From NCBI RefSeq assembly GCF_009914755.1, contig NC_060935.1: a stretch of 64,000 nucleotides of DNA, one strand, 5' to 3'. The DNA is from the human T2T-CHM13v2.0 reference genome, Homo sapiens. Under the pieces are notes generated by a model. That model was not told the origin of the DNA. It did no database searches and was given only the letters and a program-made list of their open reading frames with translations. The position numbers were made by a program, and so were the translations under genes. Shown piece after piece: positions 1-13,489 of the stretch. Position 1 is the first letter of the stretch. Each line of letters opens with the position of its first letter.

Positions 1-824
1 TTGTAAAAACAGATGATCAAGAGGAGTTTGAGAAGTCCTTGCCTTCTGCTCTTTACATAACTTATGATACCGAGTGAGCAGCTTTTCTATGTCTTGGAAC
101 ATTGTTATACTCTTAAATTTTGAATCAGTTTTCAACATTTCTTCCTGTGTGTGTTCAATGTCATGACGTAAGTCTGAGAGTTCTTTTATGCAGTTGTGGT
201 TTTTATTATTTAGTGGCATTACTTCTGAGACACCATCCTCCATTTTCCTCCCAGCCACTTTCTTCATTTATGCTGGTAAGTTTGCCTTCACTAAGCTGCT
301 CTGGTTGAACATCTAGAGCCTCGTGAATGCTGGCAGTCTCAGCATCCCCACAGTCAGGTATTTCTCCTGTAACTCCACTGATGTTCTAGGCAAATTTTGC
401 GTCTATCATTAGCCCTTTTCATTTCTTTCCTGCACTTTGATCTTTGATGGTCAATTTCTTCAGTTGAGTATCCATTTTTGTGAAATGTTCTGTGGGTTTG
501 TCACTGGAAGGCAAAGAGGTGACACACCCACATGTTTTGCTGTCTGTGCAAAAACTAAATAACAGATGCAGAGTGACATATTCACAATAGATTTTGAAAG
601 AAGTGACAAGATTGCTTACTGATCGTGATGTGCATCTGTCACTTAGGTTGTGATTTGTGGACTGAAGAGCTCACAGCAAAGTTTATATCTTGTAAAATTA
701 GTCACAGTTAACACACTGTGCTAACTAAAATATAAATCGTGCTGTTGGAGGACCAGTATTAATTAAACAAATGCAATAACTGGAATTTGTGCATATCAAA
801 ACTGTGCAAAGCAAAGACTACCTC
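1..824 (-). mobile_element. TcMar-Tigger DNA transposon remnant (Tigger6-like), runs off the window start
   Basis: The reverse complement of 780-826 (TA-GAGGTAGTCTTTGCTTTGCACAGTTTTGATATGCACAAATTCCAGTTA) resembles the Tigger 5' TIR CAGGCAGTCCTCGCTTTGCACGG... next to a TA target. The internal sequence resembles the recalled Tigger consensus. Confidence 0.7.
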
Positions 825-829
825 TACCT

Positions 830-1910
830 AAAGCAAATATAATGTGGGGTAGGTTTCTAACATGCATAATTTTAAAATGTTAACATAATAGCACAACATT
901 GGTGGGTGGGTAAAATGGAATCATACCACTATATAGCCATTACAGTTGTGAAATAATACAGTAAGGAGAAATACATGAAGTGGTGTGTGTTACAATATTG
1001 ACTCTGATTAAATTTTAATTGAAATTTTAGTTGAAATAATTCTAGAATACCAGGGACTTGTAAGAAATAATTCAGAGAGATCGTATGCACTCTTTACCCA
1101 TTTGCCCCAACAGTAACATATTACAAACCTATAGTACCACATCATAACCAGAATACTGACATTGATCTAATCCATAGATCTGACTCAGATTTCCCCAGTT
1201 TTATTTGTACTTAATTATGTGTGTGTATTTAAGTTCTGTATAATTCTATCACAGGTGTAAGTTCTTGTTCCACCACGGCAGTCAGGATGCAGAGCCGTTC
1301 TACAGCCACAAGGATCCCTCCTGCTGCCCTTTTAAAGCCACACCCAGCTCCCTCCCCATTCTCTAATCTTTAGCAACCAGTACTCTATTTTCCATTTTTA
1401 AAATTTTGTCATAAAAAATTACATAAATGTAGTTATACAATAGGTAACCTTTGGGGATTTTTTAAAATCGGAATAATCCTCTGGAAATTCACGCAAGCAG
1501 TTGCATGTATCAGTAGTTTGTGCGTTTTTATTGTTGTGTAGTATTCTGTGGTGTGGACGTACCACAGATTGTTTAACACATCATCCATTGAGGCACATCT
1601 TGGTTGCTTCCAATTTGAGGTTACTACAAACAAAGCTGCTATGAGCATCTGTTTACATGTTTTTATGTGAGCATAAATTTTAATTTCTTTGGCATTTAGA
1701 ATTTAAAAATGCGTATTATTATCCCCAGAACAGTAAAAAAAAAAAATACAAAGAATTATTTCTATGAGCTAGTTGAGGAAATAAATTGGAATAATATAAA
1801 ATATTTCAGTAATCTAAAAGAAGACGGAAAGAAAAACAGAAAGCACAAATTGGAAAATGGTAAATTTAAACCCAATCATATGAATTATTACATTCAATGT
1901 AAATAGGTTT
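830..1910 (+). mobile_element. Ancient L1M fragment (inter-ORF region to ORF2 start), split by a younger L1MC
   Basis: 1860-1905 AAATTTAAACCCAATCATATGAATTATTACATTCAATGTAAATAGG resembles the ORF2 N-terminus (..IITLNVNG). The sequence at ~1005 continues collinearly at ~1700. Confidence 0.5.
1012..1692 (-). mobile_element. L1MC-type LINE-1 3' end
   Basis: ORF 1433..1648(-) MLIAALFVVTSNWKQPRC..LWYVHTTEYY is a degenerate L1 ORF2 C-terminus, followed by an L1MC-like 3' UTR. Confidence 0.8.
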
Positions 1911-2544
1911 GAAGTAACACTAAGAGACTCGTTGTATAATCGGATTGACAAGAATCAGCTATCATGCAATATCAAACCTTACTACAAGTTTTAAGAATGT
2001 AGATAATAGCAAGACATGCAAAGCATGGAGACAGAGGGAGATGGCCAGCAACAACCTCATGTCCTCTCTTCCACATCAGGACATGTGCCCTCTCAGAGCT
2101 GACGCAGAAAATTCCCAGGTGACGCATGCCACCACTTACACAAAGGGAGTTCATTTGCTCATGAGTCATCTCTATTTTACATTCCAGTATTGTCTAGTAA
2201 TTACCTAGATGACACAAACATTATCTAGCCAAAAACACAAATAGACTCCAGGTTTGTTTGACATAAATAATAATAGACAAACTAGGTATATATCCTCTTA
2301 AAAGCATTCCATAGATGAGAACTCATACACTGCTAATAACCATCAGGAGGTCCAGTTACCATGTTTATATATCATGTGATTTTAACTGATTATTTCTCCT
2401 GCAGGCATCCCTAATTGAAACAAACCATTTGTTTTGAAGACTTCCTTTCCCCTTCAAATGATGATGACTTTATTAAAATCAATTTACCATACATGTACAG
2501 ATCTATTTTGGGACTCTTCATTCTTTTCCTTGGTCTCTAAGTGG

Positions 2545-2692
2545 TTTGGCCACTTATAAGTCACTTAACCTTTCTGAGACTCAGAGTCCTAATACATAAC
2601 ATAGCAATAACAATACGTAATTGATTGAATTATGTTGATGATTAATTGGGAAGTGCCTGGTATGTAAAAATATTCAGTAATTGATAGTTATG
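2545..2692 (+). mobile_element. MIR SINE fragment
   Basis: AAGTCACTTAACCTTTCTGAGACTCAG core and AGTGCCTGGTATGT 3' motif. Confidence 0.6.
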
Positions 2693-2932
2693 GTAAACAT
2701 ATTTTCTGAATGCAAATTAAGCTATAAAAACTAAAAAAAAGATTGTGTTTTCTCCCCTATTTGAGACTGTAAATACGGAAAATCATAGAAAAACATAATA
2801 AAATCACTTTAGTAATAAATCACCTTATGAAAATATAATTTCAAACAATGAGATAACCTATACCTCCACAAAAATCCTGAACATATTGTTGTTATAGAAA
2901 TATGCAGCATATGAAATGTATATGCAGGTATA

Positions 2933-4231
2933 TGAGGAAACTTCAAAAAGTTCATGGAAAAAAGTGAATTAAAAGATTAAAAATTAAAATGTAAACTTTA
3001 TTTCTCAACATAATCTCCCTCGAGTTCAAGACACTTCTGTAAGTGATGGTGCCAGCCAATTAGTCCATTCCTAAAGAACTGAGTGTCCCGGGAATTTAAT
3101 CATGTCAATGCAGTCTTTTTTACATTATTAACTGAAGAAAAATGGGAGTCTTTTAAAGATTTTTTAATATTAAGAAACTCAAAGTCATAGGGAGCCAAAT
3201 CATGACTGTAAGGTGGATGCCTAATAATTTTCCATCAAAACTCTTACAAAATTGTCCTTGCTTGATGGCAGGAATGAGCAGGAGCGTTGTTGTAGTGAAG
3301 AAGGACTTTCTTGTGAAGCTTTCCCAGGACTTTTTCTGCTAAAGCTTTGGCTTTCTCAAAACACTCTCATAATAAACAGATGTTACCATTCTTTGACCCT
3401 CCAGAAATTCAACAAACAAAATGGCTTGAGCATCCCAAAAAAAACTTTTTCCAAGACCTTTGCTTTTGACTAATCTGCTTCTGCTGTGACTGGAGCGCTT
3501 CCACATCTTGGTAGCCATTGCTCTGATCGTGCATGGTCTTCAGGATTATACTGGGAAAGCCATGTTTCATCTCCTGTTAAAATTCTTCAAATAAATGATT
3601 CAGGATTTTGATCCCATTTGTTTAAAATTCTCATCGATACCTCTGCTCTTGTCTGCAGCTGACCTGAATACAATGGGTTTGTCATCCATCAGGTGGAAAG
3701 TTTGCTCAACTTTAATTTTTCAGTCAGAATTGTATAAGCTGAACCAATTGAGTTGCCTATGGTGTTGGCAATTGTTTCTGCTGTGAGTCGTCAGTTCTCT
3801 TCAATGAGGGCATAAACAAGATAAATTTTTTCCTCAAAAATTGATCTGGATGATCTGCCATTGTGGACTTTCATCTTCAACATTATCTCATCCCTTCTTA
3901 AAATGAGTTATCAATTTGTAAACTGCTGGATTTTTAGGGCATTATTACCATAAAGTTTTTATAAAGCATCAATAATTTTACTATTCTTCCACCCAAGCTT
4001 CACCATAAATATGATGTTTCTCCTTGCTTCAATTTTAGCAGAATTCATGTTGCTCTGATAGGGAACATTTTCAAACTGATGCCTTACCTTTCTTAGTGCC
4101 TCAAACTAGTTCCTCTTTAGTCATGTTATAACAAGTTAGTACAAGTTTATATTGGTACAAGAAAAATTTCTGAAATATGTGCATAGTTTTTTTATACTAT
4201 GTATTTTCCATGAACTATTTGAAGACCCCTG
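2933..4231 (-). mobile_element. Hsmar2 mariner DNA transposon, full length (~1.3 kb)
   Basis: TIRs TGAGGAAACTTCAAAAAGTTCATGGAAAA (2933) and TTTTCCATGAACTATTTGAAGACCCCT (4204-4230), with TA at 2931-2932. The internal sequence follows the Hsmar2 consensus. Confidence 0.93.
2998..4048 (-). pseudogene. Decayed Hsmar2 mariner (D,D34D) transposase
   Basis: Starts ATG AAT TCT GCT AAA ATT GAA GCA (MNSAKIEA) at 4048 and ends TAA at 2998-3000. Motifs ILTGDETW, LHYNNAPAH (second catalytic D changed to N) and HPPYSHDLAPYD are present. There is a TGA just before the WVPK-equivalent motif. Confidence 0.9.
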
Positions 4232-4319
4232 CTGTGCTTTCCATGTGTTTCCTAAAGCTCAGTCGTATGTCTGAAAGCTGAATACCTACCCACTGCCAGC
4301 CAATCATCAACCTTTGACT

Positions 4320-4540
4320 GGCAAATCCCTATTAATCCTACCAAGCTCATGTGTCACCTCCTCTAGAAAGCCTTCCCTGCCTCTTCTCCCTAGTAGTGCC
4401 TGTTTATGCCTATTCATGGCTGTATTGCAGAATGTACCACCTTACAAGTATCTGTGTATACTTTTTTCACATTAGACATTGGAGTCCTTCAGAGTAGGGA
4501 CAGTGTCTTCCTACCTTTCTCTTCTTTCTTTCTTTCCTTC

Positions 4541-4571
<31 letters not shown>

Positions 4572-4645
4572 TGCTAATCCTTTCCATGTATCCTCCCAAA
4601 CACATGTGTCTTTCCCACAGTAGGTACTTCATGTAGATGCTTAAT
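4320..4645 (+). mobile_element. L2 LINE 3' end containing a T-rich microsatellite (4515-4572)
   Basis: TGTCACCTCCTCTAGAAAGCCTTCCCTG, TCCTTCAGAGTAGGGACAGTGTC and ACAGTAGGTACTTCA are L2 3' motifs. Confidence 0.65.
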
Positions 4646-5599
4646 AGCTTCACCTATCTTCCTCTATGCTGCCTCTTATCTATAGATAAACTTTTAAGTG
4701 ACTATGTACACATCTTCCAGCTACATTACTCAACTGTAAACATTTCAATCCCATCCAGATGTCAAAACGCAGCTGATTTTTCTGAATGCAGGGATTCCCT
4801 CTGGGAACTAGGGCTTTGGAACAGTGAAGCATATCCTAGCAATGAGGCATGGAAGAGGCACCTGGAACCCATTAGCAAAGGATAAGCTGCCATTCCTAAC
4901 ATCTAACTGGGGGCTTTCATCCTGTACAACTTATAATTGATCAAACTTTGGGAGCTGTAGATAGTACACAAAGTATATTTTTGCTGATTTTGATTTATCT
5001 TTAGTCCATACAAGCTGTTTCTCATCATTGCTTAGGGAACCAACTGAAATCTAATTTCACCACGAAAAGAGATTTGACCTCACCAGGTTAATCACTACAG
5101 CTGACCCAATTTGAATCAAGATTGAGTTCAGAGTCAGGAACACCAACATCAACCTAACCAAGTGCTAACTTAGGACAGGTTACTAGGGTATGATTGAAAA
5201 CAATATATCTGATAACTAGAAGAAAGTAAATGGTTTAATATGAGCAGGTTAAGTACATGAGAGTTCTGAATCCAGTTCTCAAGCCAAAGTCAGGTATCCA
5301 AGATATTAGAATCAAGTTATCAACTAATGTCAGAAGCAACAAAACCAGTTGGGAAGGCCATAAGAATATGGTCAATGTCTTATGCATCCTTTACATTTTC
5401 CTTCTTCAACTCTTAGCACTTTCCTTAGACATTAGTAGGAGGAAAAACAAAACAAAACAAAACAAAAGCCTTTAGAGCAATCAACTTTAAAAGTTTCAAT
5501 AATTAAGGCATTAGACCTAAGCACTCGGAGAACAATTTGGTTTTCTTTACCCTGTAGAATAGTAGGAAGCAGCTTCTTGTCTATAATAAAGCACAATTT

Positions 5600-6009
5600 A
5601 TCCCTGGATTATTTCTGATAGTACTAGCTGCTATGACAAATCCCAAATCTCAGTGGAATTTATTTCTCACTCACACAAAGTGGCAAACACATGTCCCTGG
5701 TCCACTTGAGACTCTTTTTCATATGGTGAGTCAGGGACTTAGTTTCCTATTTGCTGTGGCTCCTCTGCTTCCCAATCCATAACCTCCACAGCCTCCGCTC
5801 TCATCCACACCAAGCCAGATCGGGAACAAATATGGAGGACTGAGCATCAGATTCTTTTTTCAATGAAGCTGGCCTGAAAGTGGCAGAAATCACTTCCACT
5901 CATACTCTATTGGCCAGAACTCAGTTACCTGGCTGGCCTTAACTGAAAAGGAAATGAGGAAATACAGTCTTAGCTGGGAAGAGAGAATCAGGTAGCAGAC
6001 TCTGCTGTA
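5600..6009 (-). mobile_element. Old MLT1 (K/L-like) MaLR solo LTR
   Basis: CTAGCTGCTATGACAAATCCCAAATCTCAGTGG and ATCACTTCCACTCATACTCTATTGGCCAGAACTCAGT are typical reverse-strand MLT1 motifs. Confidence 0.65.
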
Positions 6010-7839
6010 ATCACCTTTTGCACTTTTTTTTTTTTTTTCTCAGAGGGATAAGGAGGTGGGAGAAAAGATTCTAACTTAAGATTATTAAATCTGAGTTTAA
6101 TTCATCACGTCCAGTTTATTTGTCCTCAAAAAAATGTTACATTACCTTGGACTAATGCTTTGGTGATTTGATAATATTCCAGCTGAGCAATCTAGGTACC
6201 CAGAATTAGAATCACCCCCTTCACCTGTTGTTTATAGGTCAGCAACCAAAGTTCCCCATGTTTCTACTCATTTGTTCTTTCATCCAAACATTACATATTT
6301 ATTCAGCATCTACTCCATGGAAAGCACTATGCAGGAGAGACAGGAGACAGCAAGACCTCTCCCAGGAAGTAGTGTGATTTAGCAGAAGCTCTATGTTTCA
6401 TCCAACTGTTACACTCTAGTCTTAGCAGCCAAGCCAGGTTCCAGCTCACCTTATATTCAGGGCTAGGTCCTAACCAAAAAGAAAGACTTCCCCCTAAGCA
6501 GTACACCCATGTGTGTCTGAATGTCCAGGGCTGCCCTGTGATCCCTGCTATTCTTCTGGTCTTGGCTCCTGTCCCCACCCCACCCCCACTCCTTTCCATG
6601 TGTCTTTCTGCATATTCACATCTTGCTTATTTGGTCACACCATCTCTAAATTGTGCTCTCTGTGAATAAAGTTGCCTCTCTCAGGATGACCGAAATACAA
6701 AGCCCTGTGTCAAAACATGCACAAAACAATGCTGAAAAAGTTTTTGTACTATAAAAGTTGTGGATTGCAGTGTCTGTTTCTTCTACAAGAAAATGGTGAA
6801 AGTAGGGTGAAGAGACAGTAAGGAGTGAGGAGAATGCCTCACTGTGGATTCCCCACCAGCTACTCCTCCGGTCACTGAACCCTTCTTCTCCCCACTAGAA
6901 TTGTTGGCTTGGCTGCTGAGGGAGGTCTTGGGGCTCAAAGGGGCTTGACAACCATCTTTGGGATGAAAGCAAAAGGCCCTTAGATGGAACCAGACCCATG
7001 CCTTCTTGTCCCTGCTCCCTGGGTCACTGGAGGGTGTGTAAGTGGGGAAGCTCCACAGCAAGGGAAACAACTGGAGACCCCAGTCACAGACGAGTTTATC
7101 TTGCATCTTCTTTGTCGTTTAGATTCCTAGTCATCCCTGAGTCTGTGTTTGAAGGGGCACATAAATATGGACATGTTTTGGGAAAATGCAAAAATGAATT
7201 AATGAGTGACTCTATCGGCCTGAACTCACATCCTGGACACTCAGGGTCTGAGACACCACGTCTGTGCTGGCCTTGAGGAGTAGACGGCACCGGCAAGTCT
7301 GAAGGTGTTACAAAGAGATTTCAAGGTTTATCTGTGTCCAAGAGGCACGCAAGAGGCTGGCCCCAGGATGCTGGGCAGAGAAGGGGAATTCGAGAATAAA
7401 GACGAGAAACAGGGGCTTGGGTCGCTGCGCGTGGCAGGCAGCCTCAGGGAGGCGGTGGTTCAGAGATTCGGAGCTGCCTGTCACTTCTTGAATTTAGCAG
7501 AGCACCTGAGCTGGTTCACAGGTGGGAGAGAAGACTGAGAAAGCTTCCTCCCTAAAAACCGTCTGTGAGATCTACGTCCGAGTCAGGAAAGGGGAAGCGA
7601 TTTCTTTTTTTTTTTTTTTTTCTACACAGAGAAATTGAAACACTGTTATTTTGTAGCTCCTGATAGCAATCTCATTCAGCAAGTCTAACTACAGGCCTAC
7701 CAGTGCTTTTTATTTTTGTTAAGTATTTAAATAGGTGCCAACATGCATATTTCATTCTGCATTTCATCATGGCTCCACTACCTCATCCGTGTTCCGCAGC
7801 TCCTCCTGCTCTTTCCCCTCGCCACCCTGGACACGCGAG

Positions 7840-9060
<1,221 letters not shown>

Positions 9061-9079
9061 TAAAAGAAGAGTGTGGCAA

Positions 9080-10330
9080 AAATAAAAACACAAACAAAAG
9101 CCACAAAGGCGGTTAAAAGACAAGTGATATCCAGGGAAAGTTATTGCATCATATATAAAAGACAAAGGATTGGTGTCCAAACTATGTAAATAATTTTTAA
9201 AAGAATAAGAAAAAAAGACAAATTACCTAATCAAAATTATCCAAGGATATAATAAATAGAAAACTTCATAGAAAAGAAAATACAAATGGCTCAAGAACAC
9301 ATGAAAGAATACTTGGCCTCTCCAGAATTGGGGGCCCAGGATGATGTGATGCTGTGCAGAGTTGGGGCCAGTTCTGAATGCCTGTGCCACTCCTGAGGAG
9401 CTGTGAAATCTTTACCAAGTTATTAAACCTCTTTCATGACCCGTAAAATGAGAATGATAGCAACAGAAACTCCCTGAAAGCCTTGTGGTGAAGATTAAAT
9501 AAGTTAATATATGTAAACTGCTTAGAACAGTGGCTGGCACAGAATAAGTACTAAGTAATTGTAAGCTATTATTAACAATAGAGCAATACAAATTAAAGTA
9601 ACAATCAAATATAATTTTTCACCCACAGATTGTCAAAATTTTGAAGTATGAGAATATCAAGTGTTGACAAGGATTCGGGTGAAATGAAACTCTTATAAAC
9701 TGCAAGTAGGAATGCAAATTGGTACATCCACTTTGGAGAAAAAAATGTCATATTTTATAAAATTGAAAATATGCCTCATTTAAGACCCAACAATCCTACC
9801 TCTGAGTATATGCCTTACAGAAACTCTTGCATATGTGCACCAGAAAACATGTCCAAAGTTGTTGACTGAAGCATATTTTTTGTTATTGTTAAGAGGAAAA
9901 CATTGGAAAGAATATAAAATGTCTATATGTAGTGGAATATATTGTAAAAATAATTCAATATATTTAATGACAGAATACTGTACAGCAGTTAAAAGAAATA
10001 AACCAGACCTCTCTAAATATAGCAGATGGCCAGCAACAAACACTAGGGACAGTATGAGGCCTATGTATCATTTATGATGTTATGTACTTAAAACCATAAA
10101 CATGAACCGCAATGCTTGCTTCTAGGGAGAACCAGAAGGGAACAGGAAGAGGGATGTTGGTTGAAGGCAACTTTCATTTTCTCTGTAGTCTTTTATTTCT
10201 TCAAAAAGCAAAAAGAATACTAGATACAAAGGAGACAAAATGCTAACAGTTGTTGATTTTGGATGGCAAAAATATTCATGTAAGTTATATTCTTTGTACT
10301 TTTTATATTTTTAAATTTTGAAAAAATTTA
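9080..10330 (+). mobile_element. L1ME-type LINE-1 3' region, interrupted by a MIR
   Basis: AAAGACAAAGGATTGGTGTCC, CAAATGGCTCAAGAACACATGAAAG, GACCCAACAATCCTACCTCTGAGTATATGCC and GAATACTGTACAGCAGTTAAAAG are ORF2 C-terminus/3' UTR motifs. Confidence 0.7.
9340..9573 (+). mobile_element. MIR SINE nested in the L1ME
   Basis: CAAGTTATTAAACCTCT..GTAAAATGAGAATGATAG..GCTTAGAACAGTGGCTGGCACAGAATAAGTACT..AGCTATTATT. Confidence 0.8.
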
Positions 10331-10739
10331 AAATGCTGTCTGAACAGATGTTCTGGGTGTTATCTAAAATACTTCGTAAGAAAAAGAAGAAAAGCAATGA
10401 AAAAGAGTGCAGAGAATTGGGCCTTGAAAACAGTGTGCTCAGGGAGAGGAGGTAGTGGGGCCCTGGCCGGGGAATGGGAAGTCCGTAGCAAGAACCGAGG
10501 CCCTGGAGACCACAAAACCCAGGGAGGAGACTGTGCGGGAAGGAGGGGTTTCAGCTGGGCCATGTACCCTGAGGGATTGCTCTAGAGGGGCGAAAGAAGA
10601 ACGCGCCCAGGCTCATGAGGCAGAGTCCACTGTCCTGCAAGAGAGAAGCCTCATTGAAGGGCGCAAGGATGGAAAAACGTCGGGAGTGGGGGTAGTAAGA
10701 GTACCAGGCATCAGTCCACGATTCAGGGAAGCAGAGGCA

Positions 10740-11500
10740 AAACAGCCTTGGAGGGTGAAACGTCTAGGTGGGGTCGGGGCGGGGTTGGTTCAGACCCCCA
10801 AACCTGCGCTGTTGATGGAATCAGGGGAACAGGCGGTGGAGGAGGCCCGAGTCCCCTCTGGAAGCTGGGAAGGCCGGGAGGGCAGTCCCTTCAGAGGGCA
10901 GGGCTGAATCTCGGCCACGCCAGGGCCCCAGGGCAAGCGCACACCTGAGGAGACCCCAGACCCGGCCACCCCCACGCTGGCATGCCTCCCCGTGCCCCTG
11001 CTGTGCTCGGGGAGGACTAGAGAATGAGCCTGTGTCTAGGCCAGGCTTACTACAGCCACCCGCGAGGAGAGCTGGCAGCCGTCCCCAGGGTGGGGGCTGC
11101 GCAGCAGATGCACTGTTTCTCATTAAGTGACTTGCATATGGAGTGAAGACACCTCTCCCCTCGCCCACCCTGGCTCCCGGCCCTCACGTGCTCTGCGGGC
11201 TGCCAGCTTCCCCGGCTCCACGCACACCGCCAGCGCCGCCCAGGCACCGGGCCTGCAGCAGGAGGAGGCCGCGGTGCAGGGGCAGAGCCCAGCAGAGGCG
11301 GCAGCAGAGCAGAGGCAGGGGCCGTCCTTCCCTCCTGGAGATCGCAGATCTCTCTCAGATGTGACGGGAACAGTCACAGACAAGGGGACTCATTATTTTC
11401 GTGTTCACTGCTCAGTGATCTGGGCTCCCACCTGGAATCCTCCAGGGAGGCAGCCCTTAGCCAGCAGGAAGGAGGGAGGAGGGCGGGGAAGGAAAGAGGA
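10740..11500. promoter_or_regulatory. CpG-island-like GC-rich segment (candidate promoter/enhancer)
   Basis: About 20 CpGs in 11060-11370 (hand count). GC boxes GGGGCGGGG (~10776) and GGGCGGGG (~11481). E-boxes CAGATG, CATATG and CACGTG (~11185). No TE recognised. Confidence 0.5.
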
Positions 11501-12099
11501 ATTACAGCCCTGCTCAAGGACAAAGCACCTCCTGAGCGCTTTGCAGACCCACTGCCCCCCTCCCTTGGGTTTCATGTTTTCAAGGAAGACCCTGGGTTCC
11601 CAAGGGAAAGCACAAAGCCGCTCCCATTCTTTGCTCACCTCTGTATCAGGACAGGATTGAGACTTACATTAAAGCCTTAAGTACTGAATAGATTAGGGTA
11701 GCCCCTTGGTCTAAGATTGAACATAAACATGACACTTAATCATAAAAAATTGCCATGTGTATTAAACTCGAAATGGCTTTTTCTTTCTGATTTTGTGAAC
11801 TGCAAAATTTTGGAGACAGCTATCAAAGCTCAATTTTCCTTCCTGCATGTGGCCTGCACACATTCTGGGTCTACATGAATTAAGTAATCCTGATACAGGT
11901 ATGAACGCATGCACATTTATGCACACAAAGTCTCACGTATACACAGGAACCAAACATATGCAGAGACATAAAACTTGCTTACTTCTGTCTCTGTTCTCCC
12001 TTCCCATCAGTTAAGATGAAACCCTGCCTTCCCCAAGGATATCTTCCAAATGTCCTTCTCCAAGAACCCTCTGACAAACCCCACTGTGGTAAAACTTCC

Positions 12100-12262
12100 C
12101 TGATTAGATGTCAAGAACCAGATTCCAACTTTCACTTCCTATGTCTGAAACTTTGGGCAAATATCTGAATGTCCCTGAGCTTCAGTTTTCCTTTCACTCC
12201 GTTAGCATAGGGTTAAAACTAGCAAAGAGTAGAAAACTATTGAGCAAGTTCAATGAGGTAAC
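12100..12262 (+). mobile_element. MIR SINE fragment
   Basis: ACTTTGGGCAAATATCTGAATGTCCCTGAGCTTCAGTTTTCCTT core. Confidence 0.65.
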
Positions 12263-12265
12263 AAA

Positions 12266-12640
12266 TGTCTTAGTCCTGCTTGACCTGGGTCCTCCAGAAA
12301 CACAGATGCCCAGATGGAATTTGGTTAGAAAGAGACTGATTGGAGGAAACACCCAGGAGGAAAACTGGGTCACCAAAGGAGACAGCAGTGGGGGAGGAGG
12401 AGCCTTCAGGCCTGAGAAGAAGGAATGGAGGGAGGGAATGAAGCACGGCGGCCAACTGCAATGAGGTGCTAAGGAGCTCCAGCCAGGCCAAGGAGAGGCT
12501 TTTGGTCCCAGCTACCTGCCAGAGGGGCTGATGCTTAAGGTGGATAAGCAAGGACTCGTTGCCTTGGGACACTTTCTTAGGACAAGGACCTCGCAATGTG
12601 GCTGACTCGCTGCTGGGTGGCACTTTGAAGCCTAGGAAAG
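12266..12640 (-). mobile_element. LTR16-type ERVL LTR
   Basis: Begins TGTCTTAGTC (reverse complement of the LTR16 3' end ..GACTAAGACA), then GGGTCCTCCAGAAACACAGATGCC..GATTGGAGGAAACACC. Confidence 0.6.
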
Positions 12641-12649
12641 CCATGGCCT

Positions 12650-13480
12650 ACTCTTGGTAAAGTGGAAATGCCTGAGTCGTGATTGTGGGTAGGTAGAAGA
12701 AGGAGTAAAGAAGTCATAGGAGGAGACATTCTGGAGTGAATGTGAGGCTAGCAGAGCCACAGAGATTTGTGTTCCATAGGAGGGATCTAGGACACACCGC
12801 CCACTAAGGCCACTAGGAATGCACTAGATTGGCATCAACAAGAGGTTCCGCGATGGCTCACCTCTGCAGGTCAAGGCCCAAGGTAGGAGGATCACGACCT
12901 GGGCTGGTTAATTCTGAGGATGATGGGGACCGGGCAATAGTGGCTGCAGGCTGGAAAGGTCAGAGGGCCAACCCAGAGGCCTTGACTGGCAGGGAGCCAT
13001 GGAAATGGTGCATAGATTATAGAGTGCCTAGGGGCAAAATAGATGGGCCACCAACAGCATGCTGCTTAACACTTACAACAAAAGCAGCAAGGTAGGAACA
13101 GAGGAGCAGGAGGCTGAGGGTAGGAACACCAAAATAGCCACACCTCCTGGCCCAGTTCCTACATCTGAGTCCATTCCAGATTGGAAAACCACTGATGGAA
13201 GAGCTGTCTGGGCTGCTAGGAGACAGGACTCTGCAATGCCATGGCAGGTATAGACTGTGATGATTTCCCAAGTCCTTTCCCCAAAATCTATGACCCTATG
13301 GTTATGACTGTGTATACTGGAGAAAGAGAAATATGCCTTTGGAGTGGGAATTTATGGGGGCCAGGTAACAACTGGAGTTGTGGCTAAGGTCTGGCTCACA
13401 TTGGCCCATGGGGTCCACAGATCCATCTGAAGACCATTTCCCAGGCACAGAGTGTATAATTGGAATTCATATGCTTGGCG
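12650..13480 (+). mobile_element. ERVL internal fragment (ERV3-16A3-like gag/pro remnant)
   Basis: ORF 12829..13095 EPWKWCIDYRVPRGKIDGPPT resembles the ERVL Gag motif (LWRWLIDHGVPR..IDGQPT). ORF 13378..13566 FPGTECIIGIHML resembles ERVL Pro (SPVPECIIGIDIL). Confidence 0.75.
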
Positions 13481-13489
13481 GTTTGTTCC

